A DNA stretch of 64,000 nt, from positions 138,637-202,636 of the IMG/VR virus record IMGVR_UViG_3300031555_010858; one strand, 5' to 3'. Shown piece by piece: positions 60,909 through 64,000 of this stretch (position 1 is the stretch's first letter; each line of letters opens with the position of its first letter). The notes below the pieces were generated by a model that ran no database searches, was not told where the DNA came from, and saw only the letters and a list, made by a program, of their open reading frames with translations. This DNA is from a virus (taxonomy: Duplodnaviria; Caudoviricetes). The position numbers were made by a program, and so were the translations under genes.

Positions 60909-61646
60909 ATGATGGGAGATATGTTTGCTACAATTCAATGTGAAAGCAGTCTACATTTATTAGGATTATGGCACATATGTTTATTAGTCGGAAGTTTTAC
61001 CTTTTTAAATTGGATGGTTAAATATCAAAAACAAAATATTTTTATTGAAAAAATTTCAACTTTATTTATATTAGGATTACAAATTATACTATACGGTTGG
61101 TATATAATAGGACCTGAGAGTCTGTTTCTAAAAGGATTACCTTTGTATACATGTAGAATAGTGTTGTATTTATTTACAATAGGTATATTTTGTAATAATA
61201 AGTTTTGTTTAAAATTAGGTAGTTATTGGGGATTTTATGGAGGTATAGCAGGGTTAATATTCCCTACAATATTTAAATATCCTTTCCCACATATATTACA
61301 AATAACAACTGTATTATTACACGTATATATTATGTTAATATCAGGTAACTATCTATTTGTCAAAAAGATTGGTTCAACTAGAGATGATGTGAAAATGTGT
61401 TGTATAATAACAACTATTTTATTAACGATTAATACAATAATTAATTTTATATTCGGCACAAATTATACATCGACAACTAGAATGCCATTACATTTAATAA
61501 ATTTAGGTATAAATATTCCGATTCAGTTTTGTTATTTAGCAGTTGTATTAGGTTATATTATAGTAACTATATTTCAACATTGGGTTGTTGGAAGGGTAAA
61601 TAGTAAATATGAACCTATTATAACTACAAAGGGGGTATCTAAATGA
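60909..61646 (+). CDS. YwaF/TIGR02206-like integral membrane protein
   Basis: Multi-TM protein with LPLYTCR motif, conserved His (LLHV) and GTNY. Confidence 0.65.
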   Translation: MMGDMFATIQCESSLHLLGLWHICLLVGSFTFLNWMVKYQKQNIFIEKISTLFILGLQIILYGWYIIGPESLFLKGLPLYTCRIVLYLFTIGIFCNNKFCLKLGSYWGFYGGIAGLIFPTIFKYPFPHILQITTVLLHVYIMLISGNYLFVKKIGSTRDDVKMCCIITTILLTINTIINFIFGTNYTSTTRMPLHLINLGINIPIQFCYLAVVLGYIIVTIFQHWVVGRVNSKYEPIITTKGVSK

Positions 61647-61819
61647 TTCCTGTAAATATTTTAATATTATTAATTATATTTATAATATTATATATAATAG
61701 GTGCTGGATTAACAGTTTATACATTCATTAAAAGTATCCAAGATAAAAAAATAGCATCAGCTATAATTTCATTTATAATATTGATATTTTACATTGTATT
61801 TTATTTATTTTTAGTATAA
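61643..61819 (+). CDS. Small two-TM membrane protein (58 aa), not in the ORF track
   Basis: ATGA overlap with the upstream gene; SD AAGGGGG; ends just before a terminator. Confidence 0.55.
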   Translation: MIPVNILILLIIFIILYIIGAGLTVYTFIKSIQDKKIASAIISFIILIFYIVFYLFLV

Positions 61820-61821
61820 TT

Positions 61822-61852
61822 GTTAATAAGGATTATATCCTTATTAACTTTT
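61822..61852 (+). terminator. Intrinsic terminator
   Basis: GTTAATAAGGAT / ATCCTTATTAAC plus T-run. Confidence 0.65.
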
Positions 61853-61864
61853 TATTTGTTTAAT

Positions 61865-61876
61865 AACAACTAATTA
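61865..61876 (+). promoter_or_regulatory. AR9-type promoter AACA-N6-TA
   Basis: AACA-ACTAAT-TA upstream of recA. Confidence 0.65.
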
Positions 61877-61905
61877 TAATAAAAAATATAAGGAGGTAAT
61901 TAATT

Positions 61906-62747
61906 ATGGCAAATCCTTTATTAAGTGCTTTAAGAGAGAATGATAAAGAAGGTTTATTTAACGCATCCCCTGCAATGGTATGTTATCCAACAGGGATACC
62001 AACATTAGATTATCAATTAGGATATACATTAGTATCTAAAGACCAATATGGAGCAATTACAGGTACACATGATTGTCTTGGTTTAGTTGGTGGAAGTTTT
62101 ATAACTATCATAGGTAAATCAGGAACTGCAAAAACAGCGATAGCATGTAAAATGGGAGCTGAAATAGTTAGAAATCATAAATCAAGTTTCGTTTTACATT
62201 ATGATTTAGAACAAGCATTAAACCCAACAAGGGTTATGAATGTTACGGGATTAACAAATGCAGAATACATGGACCATTATGTATTAAAATCTTCACGTTC
62301 ATATATTGAAGATATATTTGATACGATTATGGATATAGCAAATGAAAAGCAAAAGAATAAAAAACTTTATCAGTATACAACTGATTTTAAAGATGAGTTT
62401 GGTCAACCAATAACATTATATGAACCAACTGTCTTTATAATAGATTCGATACCGGTATTGGCTACAAGACCAGATCAAAAGAAAGTTAAAGCTAAGAAAG
62501 GTTCAGGTCAAGAAGATTATTATGTTGAAGACCAAGAAATAGAAGGTCAAACATATGCAATGAGGGTTGCAAGAGCATTAAAGCAATTCTTTAGTAGATT
62601 AATACCTATAATAAAAGAGTTTAATATAACTATAATAAGTATTAACCATATAAATCAAAAGATAGAAATAAATCCATTTGCAAAATCACAAGCACAAGTT
62701 TTATATTTAAAACAAGACGAAAGTTTACCAGGTGGTAACGCACCCAT
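61906..62747 (+). CDS. recA: RecA/UvsX-like recombinase, exon 1
   Basis: PTGIPTLDYQLG, Walker A GKSGTAKT, YDLEQAL, FIIDSI, INHI, PGGNAP. Confidence 0.85.
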
Positions 62748-63861
62748 TAACGCAAATTAGTGGCATATAATAGTAATATTATATGAAAACCTCTTTAATT
62801 GCTGGGAAACCTAAGTCTATATGATATGGTAATCAGCAGCCAAGGTGTGTAAATTAAAAATTTATTCTTACGCCTACAAATAAGTAAAGGGGCGTGATAA
62901 ATCATGGAATATAAAAATAATATTGAATTTGTATTTATAGATATTGATTTAGTATCAGAAGATGAAAAATTTGCTAGGTTTTATTATAATGGAGAACCAA
63001 CTGATTACGCAATTTCAACTGAAGGTAGAGTATATAACATGAAAACAGGTCGGTTGAGAAAATTAAGATCTAGACCTGATGGTAGACATGATGTGAATCT
63101 ATCGTTTGGTAGTAAAGATAATTGTAAAACATTCATGGTTTATAGAATGGTTGCAGAAACCTTCTTAGAAGGACAATGTAAAGAAGATAATGTAAATGCA
63201 GTTGATCATGTTAATGGTGATTGTACAGATGATTCTATAACAAATCTTGAATGGGTTACACATATGGAAAACACCAAACGTGCAGGAGAACAAGGCAAGA
63301 TGAAAAAAGATCTTAGTGAAAAAGGCGAGAATAATTCAAGTCATGTATATACAGAAGAACAAGTTAGGTTAGCTTGTCAGTTGAAAAGTCAGGGAGTAAG
63401 TAAACGTGAAATATGTGATCAATCAGGAATAAAATACGATTATCTAGATAAAATATTCAATGGATTGAAATGGGCTCATGTTTCATGTGAATATAACCTA
63501 GTTCATAAAAGAAAAAGAAAATATCCTGAAGGGTTAAAAGAAAGAATAGAAGAACTTGCTAATGATGGTTTTTCTAATCCCGAAATAAAGGATATTGTAG
63601 AAAAAGAATTCAATATTAAGTTAACATCTAGTTATGTTAAAGATGCTAAAAGGAATAGACGTAAAGAATAAATTAATACACACAAGGTTCAACGACTATC
63701 GAAACCACACTGTAAAGTGGAAGGGAGTAGAGTACACTCAAGCGAGTGGAAATGGGAGGGGTCCTTAATATAAGGATCGTGATATAGTCTGCTCTATATG
63801 GAAACATATAGCAGTCCTTAGAGGACGGTATGAGCGTAGCGAACTCATATGAACAAATAGG
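62748..63861 (+). mobile_element. Group I intron (IA-like) in recA/uvsX
   Basis: P1 CCAU|UAA pairs with UUAGUGG, placing a U.G pair at the 5' splice site. P4/P5 AATTGCTGGGAAACC...GGTAATCAGCAGCCAAG; P7 GACTA (63694) / TAGTC (63785); terminal G63861. Splicing restores ...GGNAP-I-YFANTLIK. Confidence 0.88.
62904..63671 (+). CDS. Intron-encoded HNH homing endonuclease (NUMOD4/I-HmuI-like)
   Basis: YAISTEGRV, VYRMVAETF and VDHVNGDCTDDSITNLEWVTHMEN motifs; C-terminal HTH-like repeats; inserted in the P6 region. Confidence 0.85.
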   Translation: MEYKNNIEFVFIDIDLVSEDEKFARFYYNGEPTDYAISTEGRVYNMKTGRLRKLRSRPDGRHDVNLSFGSKDNCKTFMVYRMVAETFLEGQCKEDNVNAVDHVNGDCTDDSITNLEWVTHMENTKRAGEQGKMKKDLSEKGENNSSHVYTEEQVRLACQLKSQGVSKREICDQSGIKYDYLDKIFNGLKWAHVSCEYNLVHKRKRKYPEGLKERIEELANDGFSNPEIKDIVEKEFNIKLTSSYVKDAKRNRRKE

Positions 63862-64000
63862 ATATTTTGCTAATACATTAATAAAACATGTTGCAGTGGG
63901 AAGTTCTAAATGTACGGTAGAAGAAGATGGATATTCAGGATTTAGAATAAATGCAGAGATAATAAAATCTAGAACAAATATATCTGGAGCAAAAGTTCCA
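63862..64000 (+). CDS. recA: RecA/UvsX-like recombinase, exon 2 (runs off the window)
   Basis: YFANTLIKHVAVGSSKCTVEEDGYSGFRINAEIIKSRTNISGAKVP continues the RecA fold (YxS/N...KxR). Confidence 0.85.

Noticed and set aside
61906-62760. Truncated recA pseudogene
   Set aside because: The stop codon lies inside a group I intron, and the frame is restored by splicing to 63862.
1-64000. Stop-codon reassignment, as seen in some large gut phages
   Set aside because: Long genes are intact under the standard code, and TAA, TAG and TGA all end genes next to terminators or coupled starts.

Overview
This is a very AT-rich, densely coding segment best read as a jumbo phage of a low-GC Firmicute host, probably clostridial. 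Host assignment is an inference from strong GGAGG Shine-Dalgarno sites, a class B sortase with a xPxTG substrate and an Amidase_3-SH3 endolysin. Several lines point to the AR9/PBS1-phiKZ type of phage with its own multisubunit RNA polymerases. There is a stand-alone C-terminal fragment of an RNAP beta subunit (55233-55949). About 20 exact AACA-N6-T(A/G) motifs, the AR9 late-promoter consensus, sit just upstream of gene starts on both strands. Six copies of a separate TTTYRRTNNNATATTAT-N5-TGAA motif, resembling an early promoter, head clusters of small ORFs. The left third holds two tandem giant DUF285/BspA-like repeat proteins (4283 aa and >1480 aa), a collagen-like fibre, a putative holin and an endolysin. 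The middle and right hold probable virion genes, nucleases, DnaB and Dda/RecD2 helicases, type IIA topoisomerase subunits, a free-standing homing endonuclease, peptidase S51, an HD hydrolase, a lipoprotein + cell-wall-anchored protein + sortase cassette, IF-1, and a recA/uvsX gene split by a group I intron encoding an HNH endonuclease. Non-coding highlights are a ~190-nt candidate sRNA with its own promoter and terminator (34445-34638, minus), a recurrent TATGWTCC motif, a four-way-junction structure, and a sharply GC-rich patch of mostly C/G-ending codons inside one repeat gene. All calls come from reading motifs by eye; no database search was run.
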